A stretch of DNA of 64,000 nt, taken from contig CAZTQY010000004.1 of assembly GCA_964616425.1 (NCBI GenBank), positions 46,251 through 110,250 on the forward strand, in the 5' to 3' direction. The DNA is from an uncultured Candidatus Saccharibacteria bacterium (GTDB taxonomy: Bacteria > Patescibacteriota > Minisyncoccia > Phycocordibacterales > DATDWN01). The stretch's first letter is position 1. Every line of letters starts with the position of its first letter. The notes below the pieces were generated by a model. It worked only from the letters and a program-made list of their open reading frames with translations, was not told the DNA's origin and searched no databases. Position numbers and translations under genes: made by a program. Below, piece by piece: positions 29,976 to 39,360 of this stretch.

Positions 29976-30004
29976 TTGACTAATTTTGGTGTTTTGACTA
30001 ATAT
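29976..30004 (+). promoter_or_regulatory. sigma70-like promoter TTGACT-17-TAATAT upstream of tuf, followed by 25-bp perfect palindrome gtgtataaaaaagtattttatacac (30025-30049)
   Basis: Consensus hexamers at optimal spacing; palindrome may be operator. Confidence 0.45.
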
Positions 30005-30146
30005 AGTCTAATCGCCGTTTTTGCGTGTATAAAAAAGTATTTTATACACAAAAGTTTCCGAAATTCAGGTTTCTCGAACGTTGAGTTTTTGGAATTTCCA
30101 AAATGGCAAAAATTATAAGGGTTTAATAATTTTAATAAACAAATAT

Positions 30147-31346
30147 ATGGCAGGAGAATTCGATCGATCAAAGCCTCACATGAACGTGGGAACTATTGGT
30201 CACGTTGACCATGGTAAGACAACATTAACAGCAGCTATTCTTACTGTTCTATCAAGACAGGGAAGTGGTTTCGGCGCAAAGCTAAAGGGAGTTGGAGAAA
30301 TCGACTCAGCACCTGAGGAAAAAGCAAGAGGAATTACTATTGCTCTTTCTCACAACGAGTACGAGACACCTACAAGACACTATGCTCACGTAGATGCTCC
30401 AGGACACGCTGACTATATTAAAAACATGATTACTGGTGCCGCTCAAATGGACGGTGCAGTACTAGTGGTAGCAGCTACAGACGGTGTGATGCCTCAAACA
30501 CGAGAGCATGTACTTTTGGCAAAGCAGGTTGGAGTTCCAAAGATCATTGTTTTCCTAAACAAATGTGACATGGTTCCAGATACAGAGCTAATTGATCTAG
30601 TTGAGGAGGAAGTTCGAGAGCTCCTTACAAAGCAAGGATTCGACGGAGCAGGAGCTCCAGTTATTCGAGGTTCAGGTCTTAAGGCTCTTGAATCAGCATC
30701 AAACGATGATGAGTGGGCAAAGAAAGTTCTAGAACTTGCAAACGCACTAGATACTTACTTCCCAGTTCCAGAGAGAGATCTTGATAAACCATTCCTAATG
30801 CCAGTTGAGGACATCTTCTCAATTGAAGGACGAGGAACAGTGGTTACAGGAAGAATCGAGCGAGGAATCGTAAAGGTAGGTGAGGAAATCGAGTGTGTTG
30901 GTCTACATGACACACAGAAGTACACAGTTACTGGTATTGAAATGTTCAACAAATCTCTATCAGAAGGACAAGCTGGAGATAACGCAGGTATCCTACTCCG
31001 AGGTGCAAAGAAAGAAGAAATTCACCGAGGTCAGGTTCTTGCAAAGCCAAAGTCAGTGACTCCTCATACAGAGTTTACAGCTGAGGTTTACATCCTAAAG
31101 AAAGAGGAGGGAGGACGACACACTCCATTCTTCTCTGGTTACAAGCCACAGTTCTACATCCGAACTACAGACGTTACAGGAGATGTAACTTTGAACGAGG
31201 GAGTAGAGATGGTTATGCCAGGAGATACAGTTACATTCAAAGTTAAGCTAGTAGCACCAGTTGCACTAGAAGACAACACAAGATTTGCTATCCGAGAGGG
31301 AGGAAAGACTGTGGGAGCTGGAGTTGTAACAAAGATCATCGCTTAG
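30147..31346 (+). CDS. tuf: elongation factor Tu
   Basis: [19 protein letters not shown] motifs; start at [18 protein letters not shown] (23rd codon of track ORF). Confidence 0.95.
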   Translation: MAGEFDRSKPHMNVGTIGHVDHGKTTLTAAILTVLSRQGSGFGAKLKGVGEIDSAPEEKARGITIALSHNEYETPTRHYAHVDAPGHADYIKNMITGAAQMDGAVLVVAATDGVMPQTREHVLLAKQVGVPKIIVFLNKCDMVPDTELIDLVEEEVRELLTKQGFDGAGAPVIRGSGLKALESASNDDEWAKKVLELANALDTYFPVPERDLDKPFLMPVEDIFSIEGRGTVVTGRIERGIVKVGEEIECVGLHDTQKYTVTGIEMFNKSLSEGQAGDNAGILLRGAKKEEIHRGQVLAKPKSVTPHTEFTAEVYILKKEEGGRHTPFFSGYKPQFYIRTTDVTGDVTLNEGVEMVMPGDTVTFKVKLVAPVALEDNTRFAIREGGKTVGAGVVTKIIA

Positions 31347-31371
31347 TCTTAAACTTTAATAAGTTTTCAAA

Positions 31372-31396
31372 AAGCCACCTTTGGGTGGTTTTTTGA
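31372..31396 (+). terminator. rho-independent terminator aaagccacctttgggtggttttttg
   Basis: Hairpin + T-run immediately after tuf; near-identical to 32131-32156. Confidence 0.65.
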
Positions 31397-31428
31397 TTTG
31401 ATAGATGGTAAGTTTGTATATGGGGGTC

Positions 31429-31656
31429 ATGATGGTAATTTGCACGGGGCACACTAAGTTGGAAGTCGGAAAGGTTTATAAGAGCCTCGCCGACGATTTG
31501 GGAATCTGGCACCATGGTCAGCCATTTCTCGTCGTGAGAGATGCAACAAGGTTGGAATTCATCCAGGAGTGTATCGAAGCAAGGATTCCAACTGGTAGGT
31601 ATTTGGAAATGATCAGCATACCAGGAGTTCTTTATTGTGAAATCACGTTAGATTGA
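31429..31656 (+). CDS. GC-rich island ORF (hypothetical ~75 aa)
   Basis: GGGGG SD then ATGATG; elevated GC; followed by GC hairpin ggccctcaactgagggcc. Confidence 0.3.
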   Translation: MMVICTGHTKLEVGKVYKSLADDLGIWHHGQPFLVVRDATRLEFIQECIEARIPTGRYLEMISIPGVLYCEITLD

Positions 31657-31687
31657 CACGGCCCTCAACTGAGGGCCGTTCGCGCAC

Positions 31688-31716
31688 TTGAACAAAAAAT
31701 CATTATCTGGTAGTAT
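31688..31716 (+). promoter_or_regulatory. promoter TTGAAC-17-TAGTAT re-driving rpsJ
   Basis: Consensus-like hexamers with 17-nt spacer; near-identical copy at 32421-32449. Confidence 0.5.
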
Positions 31717-31749
31717 CTTGAAATCAATTAAATTGACATGCGATAAATT

Positions 31750-32127
31750 ATGACTGCAAAAGAAACAACAAAAAAAGCTCCAAAGAAGGCTCCTGCAAAG
31801 TCTGCAGTAAAGTCAGATGCTATTTCAAAGCTACGAATACGAGTTCGAGCTTACGAATACAAGATTTTAGACCTTTCAGTAAAGCAGATCATAGATACAG
31901 CTCTGAGATATGATGCAAAGGTAGAAGGACCTATCCCTCTTCCTACAGAGATAAAGAAATACACTGTAAACCGATCATCTTTCGTTTACAAAAATGCTCG
32001 AGAGCAGTTTGAAATGAGAATTCACAAGAGGGTAATAGACATTCTAAACCCTACACCAAAGATAATGGAAGCGTTAACAAACCTTTCATTGCCATCTGGA
32101 GTGAACATTGACGTAAAGATCATCTAA
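31750..32127 (+). CDS. rpsJ: 30S ribosomal protein S10 (with K-rich N-terminal extension)
   Basis: RIRVRAYEYKILD...GPIPLPT...conserved S10 core. Confidence 0.9.
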   Translation: MTAKETTKKAPKKAPAKSAVKSDAISKLRIRVRAYEYKILDLSVKQIIDTALRYDAKVEGPIPLPTEIKKYTVNRSSFVYKNAREQFEMRIHKRVIDILNPTPKIMEALTNLSLPSGVNIDVKII

Positions 32128-32130
32128 TCA

Positions 32131-32156
32131 AAAAACCACCTTCGGGTGGTTTTTTG
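32131..32156 (+). terminator. rho-independent terminator aaaaaccaccttcgggtggttttttg
   Basis: Hairpin + T-run; paralogous to terminator after tuf. Confidence 0.65.
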
Positions 32157-32191
32157 ATTAGATAAGTGATACCTTTTTGAGAGGAGGTTCC

Positions 32192-32362
32192 ATGGAGATG
32201 TCAGACGAGAAACCTGTAAGGCCTGTGCAAAGGCAATCAGAGCGTCCCTACAAGTGCATACTTTGTCGTGCCAGGTTCGCAACCTTTCTCGAGTTGCGAA
32301 ACCATCAAGACGGTCACGACCCGGAGGGGATTCACTTCTCCGAACTAGGGTTACCGAAATAG
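32192..32362 (+). CDS. GC-rich island ORF encoding small C2H2 zinc-finger-like protein
   Basis: YKCILCRARFATFLELRNHQDGH fits C-x2-C-x12-H-x3-H; GAGGAGG SD before ATG (MEMSDEK); followed by GC hairpin gcccgcactcgcactgagttgcgggc. Confidence 0.35.
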   Translation: MEMSDEKPVRPVQRQSERPYKCILCRARFATFLELRNHQDGHDPEGIHFSELGLPK

Positions 32363-32420
32363 CTGGCGACCCCTAGGCCCGCACTCGCACTGAGTTGCGG
32401 GCCCTCTTTTTAAATACCAC

Positions 32421-32449
32421 TTGAATAAAAAAACATTATCTGCTAGTAT
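32421..32449 (+). promoter_or_regulatory. promoter TTGAAT-17-TAGTAT re-driving rplC and downstream genes
   Basis: Paralog of 31688-31716 promoter (cacttgaaYaaaaaaNcattatctgNtagtat). Confidence 0.5.
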
Positions 32450-32558
32450 AGCGAAATCGTTTAAAAAACGTTTTAACCGATGGCTAGCGATGGGCAATGT
32501 TGAGGAAAATCTTTCCTCATTACTGTCCGAAAAACGCCATCAAGTAAGTATCAAAAAT

Positions 32559-33170
32559 ATGAAATTTATTCTTGGAACAAAAGTTAATATGACACAGATC
32601 TTTGATGAAAAAGGTCTAGTTCATCCTGTAACAGTTGTAAAAACTGGTCCTATTGTTGTTACACAGGTAAAAACAGTTGCTACAGACGGATACAACGCAG
32701 TTCAGGTTGGTTTCGGAAAGAAGAACATAAAAAATGTAAACAAAGCTATTGCAGGACACACAAAAGGTGCTGCATATGCACATCTAGTTGAGTTCCGAAC
32801 AGAAGGTGAGCCTACTTTCAAAGTTGGAGATTCTATTGATCTTTCTACTTTCTCTGCTGGAGACATGGTTGTTGTTTCTTCTACATCAAAAGGAAAAGGA
32901 TTTCAGGGAGGTGTTAAGAGACACGGATTCAAAGGAGGATCACGAACACACGGACAGAAGCACTCAGAGCGAGAGCCTGGATCTATTGGAGGAGGAGGAC
33001 GAGACGGAGGTCGTGTTGCAAAAGGCAAGAGAATGGCCGGAAGAATGGGTAGTGATCGAATCACTTCAAAGGGTCTAACTGTTGTTAGTGTAAAGCCAGA
33101 AACTAACGAGATTTTTATTCAGGGAGCTATCGCTGGACGAAGAGGAACTCTAGTTGAAGTTGTAGGTTAA
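32559..33170 (+). CDS. rplC: 50S ribosomal protein L3
   Basis: MKFILGTKVNMTQIFDEKG... conserved L3; start at internal ATG (47th codon of track ORF). Confidence 0.9.
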   Translation: MKFILGTKVNMTQIFDEKGLVHPVTVVKTGPIVVTQVKTVATDGYNAVQVGFGKKNIKNVNKAIAGHTKGAAYAHLVEFRTEGEPTFKVGDSIDLSTFSAGDMVVVSSTSKGKGFQGGVKRHGFKGGSRTHGQKHSEREPGSIGGGGRDGGRVAKGKRMAGRMGSDRITSKGLTVVSVKPETNEIFIQGAIAGRRGTLVEVVG

Positions 33171-33181
33171 TTTTAAATATC

Positions 33182-33856
33182 ATGGAAACAGTAATCTATA
33201 ACACAAAAGGAAAGGAAGCAGGAAAAATCTCACTACCAGAGACAGTATTTGGTCTAAAGTGGAATGCAGACCTAGTTCACCAGGTTGTAACTTCAATGGA
33301 GTCTACAGCTAGAACAAACGTTGCTAACACAAAAAACCGAGGAGAAGTTCGAGGAGGAGGAAAGAAGCCTTGGCAGCAAAAGGGAACAGGACGAGCTCGA
33401 CATGGATCTATCCGATCTCCACTATGGAGAAAAGGAGGTGTTACTCACGGTCCTCTAAAGGGAGAGATTTTCGACCGAAAGGTTAACAAGAAAATGAAGG
33501 CAAAGGCTCTTTATACTATTCTTTCTGCAAAGCTAAAGAAAGGTCAGATCCTTTTTGTTGATGACCTATCAATGGCTGCTCCAAAGACAAAAGACGCTGT
33601 TTCTGTTGTATCAAATCTTTCAAAAATAAAAGGCTACACAGACCTACTTTCAAAACGAAAGAACTCAGCATATATCAACCTAGCAGATAAAAACGTAAGT
33701 ACAGAAAAGAGTTTCCGAAACATGAGTAACTTGGTTATTGATGAGATCCGAAACATGAATCCAGTTGATTTGATGAAATACAAATATGTTGTTATCTCAA
33801 ACCCAGAGAAAGCACTTCCTCAGATAACAGAGAAGCTAGCTAAATCTACAAAATAA
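33182..33856 (+). CDS. rplD: 50S ribosomal protein L4
   Basis: Conserved L4 sequence (GGGKKPWQQKGTGRARHGSIRSP). Confidence 0.9.
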   Translation: METVIYNTKGKEAGKISLPETVFGLKWNADLVHQVVTSMESTARTNVANTKNRGEVRGGGKKPWQQKGTGRARHGSIRSPLWRKGGVTHGPLKGEIFDRKVNKKMKAKALYTILSAKLKKGQILFVDDLSMAAPKTKDAVSVVSNLSKIKGYTDLLSKRKNSAYINLADKNVSTEKSFRNMSNLVIDEIRNMNPVDLMKYKYVVISNPEKALPQITEKLAKSTK

Positions 33857-33867
33857 TTTTAACTATC

Positions 33868-34149
33868 ATGAAGAAAGATTTAAACGCAGTTCTAATACGA
33901 CCACATATAACTGAAAAGGCTTCTATGTCAGCAGAATCTTCTGTTTATGTATTTGAAATCGCTCCAAAGGCAACTAAAGCTCAAGTAGAAAAAGCTTTCA
34001 CTGAGAAATACAAAATTGATCCAGTTAAAGTTTCAACTGTGACTATACCAGCTAAAAGAGTTTTTGTTAGAGGTAAAAAGGGTTTGAAGTCAGGATATAA
34101 GAAAGCTTATATTTACCTAAAGAAGGGTGAGAAGATTGAGATAATATAG
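33868..34149 (+). CDS. rplW: 50S ribosomal protein L23
   Basis: Conserved L23 sequence. Confidence 0.9.
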   Translation: MKKDLNAVLIRPHITEKASMSAESSVYVFEIAPKATKAQVEKAFTEKYKIDPVKVSTVTIPAKRVFVRGKKGLKSGYKKAYIYLKKGEKIEII

Positions 34150-34176
34150 TTCGACTAGCTCACTATAAATAAAAAA

Positions 34177-35019
34177 ATGAAACGATATAAACCAACATCA
34201 AAATCTCGAAGAGGAATGACAACAATCTCATTCGGAGATTACATAACAGCAACAGAACCAGTAAAGTCACTAACTCATGGTTTTAGACGACAAGTTGGAC
34301 GAAACCATCATGGTAAAGTTACAACTAGACATAAAGGAGGGGGTGTAAAAAGGTTGTTCCGAGAGATTGATTTTTCATATGACAAAATAAATGTTCCTTA
34401 TACTATTAAAACAGTAGAGTACGATCCAAACAGATCAGGATTTATTGGTATGGCTCAATACGAGGATGGAGCAAAGAGATACGTTTTGTTACCAAAGGGA
34501 ATAAAAGTTGGAGATAAGTTGGTAACTTCAGAAAATGCTGAACAAAAAGTTGGAAACAGACTACAGCTCAAAAACATCACTATCGGTACTTTTGTTTACA
34601 ATGTTGAAGTTAAACCACAAGGTGGAGCAAAGCTTGCAAGATCAGCAGGTAACTACATCGAAGTAATTGCAAAGGACGCAGGTTATGTTGATGTTAAGAT
34701 GCCATCTTCAGAAGTTCGAAAGATAAAAGATACAGCATGGGCTTCTATCGGAGATGTTTCAAACCCAGAAAACAGACTAGTTAACCTAGGAAAAGCTGGA
34801 CGATCAAGATGGTTAGGTATACGACCTACAGTTCGAGGAACAGCTCAAAACCCAGTTGACCACCCATACGGAGGAGGAGAAGGACGACAGGGAAGAGGCC
34901 GAAAGAGAGCAATCTCAGTCTACGGAAAGCCAACTGGAAAGGGACAAAAGTCACGAACTCCAAAGAAATATTCAAACAAATTCATTGTGTCACGCCGAAA
35001 AGTTGGAAAGAAGAAATAA
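34177..35019 (+). CDS. rplB: 50S ribosomal protein L2
   Basis: Conserved L2 sequence (GRNHHGKVTTRHKGGG, C-terminal basic tail). Confidence 0.95.
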   Translation: MKRYKPTSKSRRGMTTISFGDYITATEPVKSLTHGFRRQVGRNHHGKVTTRHKGGGVKRLFREIDFSYDKINVPYTIKTVEYDPNRSGFIGMAQYEDGAKRYVLLPKGIKVGDKLVTSENAEQKVGNRLQLKNITIGTFVYNVEVKPQGGAKLARSAGNYIEVIAKDAGYVDVKMPSSEVRKIKDTAWASIGDVSNPENRLVNLGKAGRSRWLGIRPTVRGTAQNPVDHPYGGGEGRQGRGRKRAISVYGKPTGKGQKSRTPKKYSNKFIVSRRKVGKKK

Positions 35020-35024
35020 TTCAA

Positions 35025-35055
35025 AACAAAACCGCCGAAAGGCGGTTTTGTTTTG
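35025..35055 (+). terminator. terminator aaaccgccgaaaggcggttttgtttt
   Basis: Hairpin + T-run after rplB, before GC-rich island. Confidence 0.6.
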
Positions 35056-35119
35056 ACTATTTGAAATATATAGGTAATCTTTGGTATAGAGGCGATTTCG
35101 CCACTAATTGGAGGGATTA

Positions 35120-35458
35120 ATGACCAAGGGACAGTTCCTGGGGCACTTTCGGGAGGCCGTCGAGAAGTTTCGTGATGGCGTTGCGGAGTACGTGGCTAAT
35201 GCCGATCATTCGACAGAAACTGTTGGCAAGCGAGTGGGGTTCTATAGTGCTCTGGCACTCGCTTCGGCCAGGGACGCCGAAATACCAATCAAGGATGCCG
35301 AGAACCCGGTATGCGAGGCGATCGTCAGGTTTCGTAACAGTGGACCTTGGCTCCTTACGTTTGATGAGCTGGTCGCCATCGAACAGGCCTGGGAGTACTA
35401 CGACGACTATCAGCGTGCCAAGGAGCTCTCTGGTCGTCGGCCGGATCAGATCGGATAG
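35120..35458 (+). CDS. GC-rich island ORF (hypothetical ~112 aa)
   Basis: Promoter-like TTGAAA-18-TATAGA, GGAGGG SD then ATG (MTKGQFLGHF); ~58% GC. Confidence 0.35.
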   Translation: MTKGQFLGHFREAVEKFRDGVAEYVANADHSTETVGKRVGFYSALALASARDAEIPIKDAENPVCEAIVRFRNSGPWLLTFDELVAIEQAWEYYDDYQRAKELSGRRPDQIG

Positions 35459-35643
35459 TGTGGCGGGCGAGGGGGCGCGGACATATTGGGGGCCCATGAA
35501 AAAATATGTTTACAATATTTTGTGTTTTTTATACTATGGACGCCACTGAAGTATTTACATTCTGTTTGAGTTTTAAGTAAGTCAGTACCACGAAAATGTG
35601 GTTTTCTTCTTGCCAATTGGCGGGGAATTAAAATAGACAAAAT

Positions 35644-35988
35644 ATGACACGATCATCAAAAAAAGGTCCATACGTTGACGAAAGACTCCTTAAGAAAATT
35701 GAGGGTAAAAAATCTAGTGAAACTGGGGTTATTAAAACTTGGTCACGAGCATGTGTAATCTCACCTGAAATGGTTGGATTTATTTTCGGTGTACACAACG
35801 GAAAGACTCATATCGAAGTTTCTGTAAACGAGGATATGGTTGGACACAGACTAGGTGAGTTTTCTCCTACGAAGAAATTCATAAAACACGGAGGAAAGAT
35901 GCAGAAAGAGCTAGAGCAAAAGAAGAAGGAGGGAGAAATCGCTTCGGCACAGGCAGCTAAGTCAACAGGTGATACCGCAAAGAAATAG
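35644..35988 (+). CDS. rpsS: 30S ribosomal protein S19 (with C-terminal K/E-rich extension)
   Basis: Conserved S19 core; upstream promoter TTTACA-17-TACTAT at ~35505-35533. Confidence 0.9.
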   Translation: MTRSSKKGPYVDERLLKKIEGKKSSETGVIKTWSRACVISPEMVGFIFGVHNGKTHIEVSVNEDMVGHRLGEFSPTKKFIKHGGKMQKELEQKKKEGEIASAQAAKSTGDTAKK

Positions 35989-36019
35989 CTCGATAAACTC
36001 ACTATAAATAAAAACTATC

Positions 36020-36481
36020 ATGGCAACAGCAAAAGCAACATTATCAAACTTCCGACAAGCTCCTCGTAAAATGCGAATGGTGGCTAATACTGTACGAGGA
36101 AAGAAAGTTTCTGAAGCTCTAGTAAACTTAGACTTTGTTGCTAAGAAGGCTTCAGCTCCTATCAAAACTCTTATTGCATCTGCTCTTGCTAATGCAAAGG
36201 CTCTTGATATTCCTACAGAAAACTTAATAATAAAAACTATCAAAGTTGATAGTGGATCTATCATGTACCGAAGACGACCAGCAGCTCGAGGTTCAGCACA
36301 TCCTATCCGAAAGAGAACATCTGCGATTTTTGTTGAGCTAGGTGAGGCAGAGTCAAAGAAGAAGGTTAAGGTTCTAAAGGAGGCGGTATCTCTGCCGAAG
36401 GCTGTAAATAATGAGGCGAAAGCTATGACAGTAGAATCTAAGCCAAAGGCTAAAAAAGTAGCTAAGAAAACATCAAAATAA
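36020..36481 (+). CDS. rplV: 50S ribosomal protein L22
   Basis: Conserved L22 sequence. Confidence 0.9.
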   Translation: MATAKATLSNFRQAPRKMRMVANTVRGKKVSEALVNLDFVAKKASAPIKTLIASALANAKALDIPTENLIIKTIKVDSGSIMYRRRPAARGSAHPIRKRTSAIFVELGEAESKKKVKVLKEAVSLPKAVNNEAKAMTVESKPKAKKVAKKTSK

Positions 36482-36485
36482 TCCC

Positions 36486-37142
36486 ATGACACATACAGTA
36501 CACCCATATTCACATAGACTTGGAATCATAAGAGATTGGAAATCTCGATGGTTTGGAGTAAAAGGAAAATACAAAGAGTTCTTAAAGAGCGATGTGCTTT
36601 TGCGAGAATACCTAGAAAAGAAAATGAGAGGTATGTATGTTTCTAATATTGAGATGGAAAGAGGTGAAAAGGTTCTACGAATCATTATCGAAACATCTAG
36701 ACCTGGAGCTATCATCGGACGAAGTGGAGATGGTGCTACAAAACTTAAAAATGATATTATTTCATTTCTTGCAAAGAACAAACTATCTTCAGGAGGGGAG
36801 GTTAAGGTTGATATTAAAGAAGTAAAGTCTCCAGAATCAAATGCTACTATTGTTGCTCAGATGATTGCTGATGGTTTGGAAAAGAGACTTCCATTTAGAC
36901 GAGTTACAAAGCAGATGGTTGAAAAGGTCATGGCTAACAGAGATGTTTTGGGAGTAAAGATCGAACTATCTGGAAGACTTGCTGGAGCAACTATGGCAAG
37001 ACAGGAGAAGATAAAGAGAGGACGAATTCCTCTTCAGACTCTTCGAGCCGATGTTGATTTCTGTAAATATGAAGCTAGACTTCCATATGGAGGAATCGGA
37101 ATAAAGGTTTGGATATATAAGGGTGAGATTTTCAATAAATAA
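36486..37142 (+). CDS. rpsC: 30S ribosomal protein S3
   Basis: KH domain and S3 C-terminal domain. Confidence 0.9.
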   Translation: MTHTVHPYSHRLGIIRDWKSRWFGVKGKYKEFLKSDVLLREYLEKKMRGMYVSNIEMERGEKVLRIIIETSRPGAIIGRSGDGATKLKNDIISFLAKNKLSSGGEVKVDIKEVKSPESNATIVAQMIADGLEKRLPFRRVTKQMVEKVMANRDVLGVKIELSGRLAGATMARQEKIKRGRIPLQTLRADVDFCKYEARLPYGGIGIKVWIYKGEIFNK

Positions 37143-37153
37143 TAACTACCACC

Positions 37154-37576
37154 ATGTTGATACCAAAAAAAGTTAAATACAGAAAGTGGCATACATTCAG
37201 AAAGAACGCTAATAAGGTTGGGGTTTCTTCTCGTGGAACAACTGTTGCCTTTGGTTCACATGGTCTTAAGGCACTAGAAGGAGCACGTATAATGTCTAAC
37301 CAGCTTGAGGCTGCAAGAAAAGCTCTTTCAAGAGCTTCTGGAAAGACAGGAAAGGTTTGGATCAGAGTTTTCCCTGATATGCCTCTTACAAAGAAACCAG
37401 CAGAAGTAAAGCTTGGAAAAGGAAAAGGAGATTTGTTTGGTTATTGTGCTCCAGTAAAGCCAGGAAGAGTTATCTTTGAAGTTGATGGCGTAACTGACGC
37501 TGTAGCTAGAGAGGCTTTGAGAAAGGCTGGAACAAAACTTCCATTAAAGACAAAAATAGTATCAGCACATAATTAA
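37154..37576 (+). CDS. rplP: 50S ribosomal protein L16
   Basis: Conserved L16 sequence. Confidence 0.9.
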   Translation: MLIPKKVKYRKWHTFRKNANKVGVSSRGTTVAFGSHGLKALEGARIMSNQLEAARKALSRASGKTGKVWIRVFPDMPLTKKPAEVKLGKGKGDLFGYCAPVKPGRVIFEVDGVTDAVAREALRKAGTKLPLKTKIVSAHN

Positions 37577-37583
37577 AACGAAT

Positions 37584-37772
37584 ATGAAAGATTTCATTAA
37601 AAAAACTCCAAAAGAACTTATGACACTGCTAAAGGAAAAGCAGACAGCTTTGAGAGCATTTCGTTTTTCAGTTGCTGGTAGTAACACAAGAAATGTAAAG
37701 GAAGGAAAGTCATTAAAGAAAGATATCGCAAGAATAATGACAATTCTTAATAACTCTACAGAAGTTAAATAA
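37584..37772 (+). CDS. rpmC: 50S ribosomal protein L29
   Basis: Size, position and sequence consistent with L29. Confidence 0.85.
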   Translation: MKDFIKKTPKELMTLLKEKQTALRAFRFSVAGSNTRNVKEGKSLKKDIARIMTILNNSTEVK

Positions 37773-37777
37773 AATAT

Positions 37778-38035
37778 ATGGAAAAGACTATGAAAAAAAC
37801 AGAAGTAAAGAAAGCAAGAAAGCAACTAGTTGGAGTTGTGGTATCTGACAAAATGAAAGATACAGTTGTTGTCGAAGTTTCTAGATTTATAAAGCATCCA
37901 AAGTATAAGAAGTTTATTTCAATAGATAAGAGATTCAAAGCTGATGACAAAGGGAACACAAAAAAGGTGGGGGACAAAGTAACTATCGAGGAGTGTGCTC
38001 CAATCTCAAAGGACAAGAAATTCCGAGTAATATAA
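37778..38035 (+). CDS. rpsQ: 30S ribosomal protein S17
   Basis: Conserved S17 OB-fold sequence. Confidence 0.85.
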   Translation: MEKTMKKTEVKKARKQLVGVVVSDKMKDTVVVEVSRFIKHPKYKKFISIDKRFKADDKGNTKKVGDKVTIEECAPISKDKKFRVI

Positions 38036-38050
38036 ATAACATTAAAAGCC

Positions 38051-38428
38051 ATGATACAACCAAGATCAATAGTTAAAATAGCTGACAACACAGGAGCAAA
38101 GCTCGGAAGAATTTTCAAGGTGCTTGGAAGCTCAAAGAAAAGATATGCAAGTATCGGTGAATTGGTTGTACTTTCTGTACAGAAAGCAGAGCCTAGAAAG
38201 TCTACAAAGAAGAAGGATGTTGTTTATGGTATTGTAGTTAGACAAAAGGCACCTTTCCGACGAAAGGATGGAACATACCTAAGATTTGATGAAAACGCAG
38301 TTGTTATTGTTATGAAAGATGACAAGAAAAAGGAACCAGTTGCTGGACGTGTATTCGGGCCTATTCCACGAGAAATTGGTGAAGTTGGATACCAGAAGAT
38401 TATTTCTCTAGCTCCTGAAGTAGTTTAA
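38051..38428 (+). CDS. rplN: 50S ribosomal protein L14
   Basis: MIQPRSIVKIADNTGAK conserved L14 N-terminus. Confidence 0.9.
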   Translation: MIQPRSIVKIADNTGAKLGRIFKVLGSSKKRYASIGELVVLSVQKAEPRKSTKKKDVVYGIVVRQKAPFRRKDGTYLRFDENAVVIVMKDDKKKEPVAGRVFGPIPREIGEVGYQKIISLAPEVV

Positions 38429-38438
38429 TTTTAAATAT

Positions 38439-38657
38439 ATGAACGTAAAAAAAGACGACAAAGTAATAGTGTTAACAGGAAAAGACAAGGGAAAAACTGG
38501 TACAGTTTTGAAATCTATGCCGAAAGAAGGTAAGGTTGTAGTTTCTGGAGTGAATGTATTAAAGGTTCACCAGAAGCCACGAAAGTCTGGCGAAAAAGGC
38601 CAGATAGTAGACAAGACTATGCCTATCAATGCTTCAAATGTTAAGAAAGCAAAATAA
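38439..38657 (+). CDS. rplX: 50S ribosomal protein L24
   Basis: KOW motif VIVLTGKDKGKTG. Confidence 0.85.
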   Translation: MNVKKDDKVIVLTGKDKGKTGTVLKSMPKEGKVVVSGVNVLKVHQKPRKSGEKGQIVDKTMPINASNVKKAK

Positions 38658-38668
38658 TTAAAACGAAC

Positions 38669-39217
38669 ATGGAATCAACAAAAACAAAAGTAGCAACCGC
38701 ATTCGAAGCTCTAAAAGGGGAGTTCGGATACAAGAATAAGATGCAAGCACCAAAGATTCAGAAATTGGTTGTTTCTGCTGGCGTTGGTTCTATAAAAGAT
38801 AAAAAGAAAATTGAGTTAGTTGTAGATAGACTTTCAAAAATAACTGGACAGAAACCTGTAAAGAAAGGAGCAAAGATTTCTATTGCATCATTTAAAACAA
38901 GACAAGGTGATATAGTTGGAATGCAAGTAACTCTACGTGGCCAGCGAATGTACGACTTCCTTGATAAGCTTATAAACATCGCTATCCCTCGAACAAAAGA
39001 CTTCCGAGGAATCGGAACTACTGGAGTAGATGGAATGGGTAACTACACTCTTGGGATAAAAGAAAACACTATTTTCCCAGAATGTTCTGATGAAGAGTTG
39101 AAGGATGTGTTCGGGCTAGCTATCACAGTAGTTACAAACATAAAGAATCCAAAGGAAACAAGAGCTTTCCTTACTCACCTAGGGTTCCCATTTAAGAAAG
39201 AAGTGGCAAAGAAATAA
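38669..39217 (+). CDS. rplE: 50S ribosomal protein L5
   Basis: Conserved L5 sequence. Confidence 0.9.
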   Translation: MESTKTKVATAFEALKGEFGYKNKMQAPKIQKLVVSAGVGSIKDKKKIELVVDRLSKITGQKPVKKGAKISIASFKTRQGDIVGMQVTLRGQRMYDFLDKLINIAIPRTKDFRGIGTTGVDGMGNYTLGIKENTIFPECSDEELKDVFGLAITVVTNIKNPKETRAFLTHLGFPFKKEVAKK

Positions 39218-39223
39218 TACTAA

Positions 39224-39250
39224 GAAAAATCCCTCAACTGAGGGTTTTTT
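39224..39250 (+). terminator. terminator aaaaatccctcaactgagggttttttc (same CCCTCAACTGAGGG hairpin core as 31665-31680)
   Basis: Hairpin + T-run after rplE. Confidence 0.6.
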
Positions 39251-39360
39251 CTAAAATTGACTTTTGGAGCATTTGGCGTAGGCTATTCCCAGATGCGCAT
39301 ATCGCGCACATGTTTGCTTGTTGCTGTCAGGCGACAACACTGGAGGTTTCCGTGGGTATC

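Noticed and set aside
35446-35640. 64-aa minus ORF between GC island and rpsS
   Set aside because: Overlaps the rpsS promoter region (TTTACA-17-TACTAT) and has no start context.
35962-36513. 183-aa minus-strand ORF (and similar antisense ORFs 41534-41881, 41918-42262, 15014-15430, 25062-25421, 56728-57282, 27529-29086 set)
   Set aside because: All lie antisense to well-supported conserved genes (rplV/rpsC, rpsE, recJ, fusA, recG, 979-aa ORF); typical spurious antisense frames.
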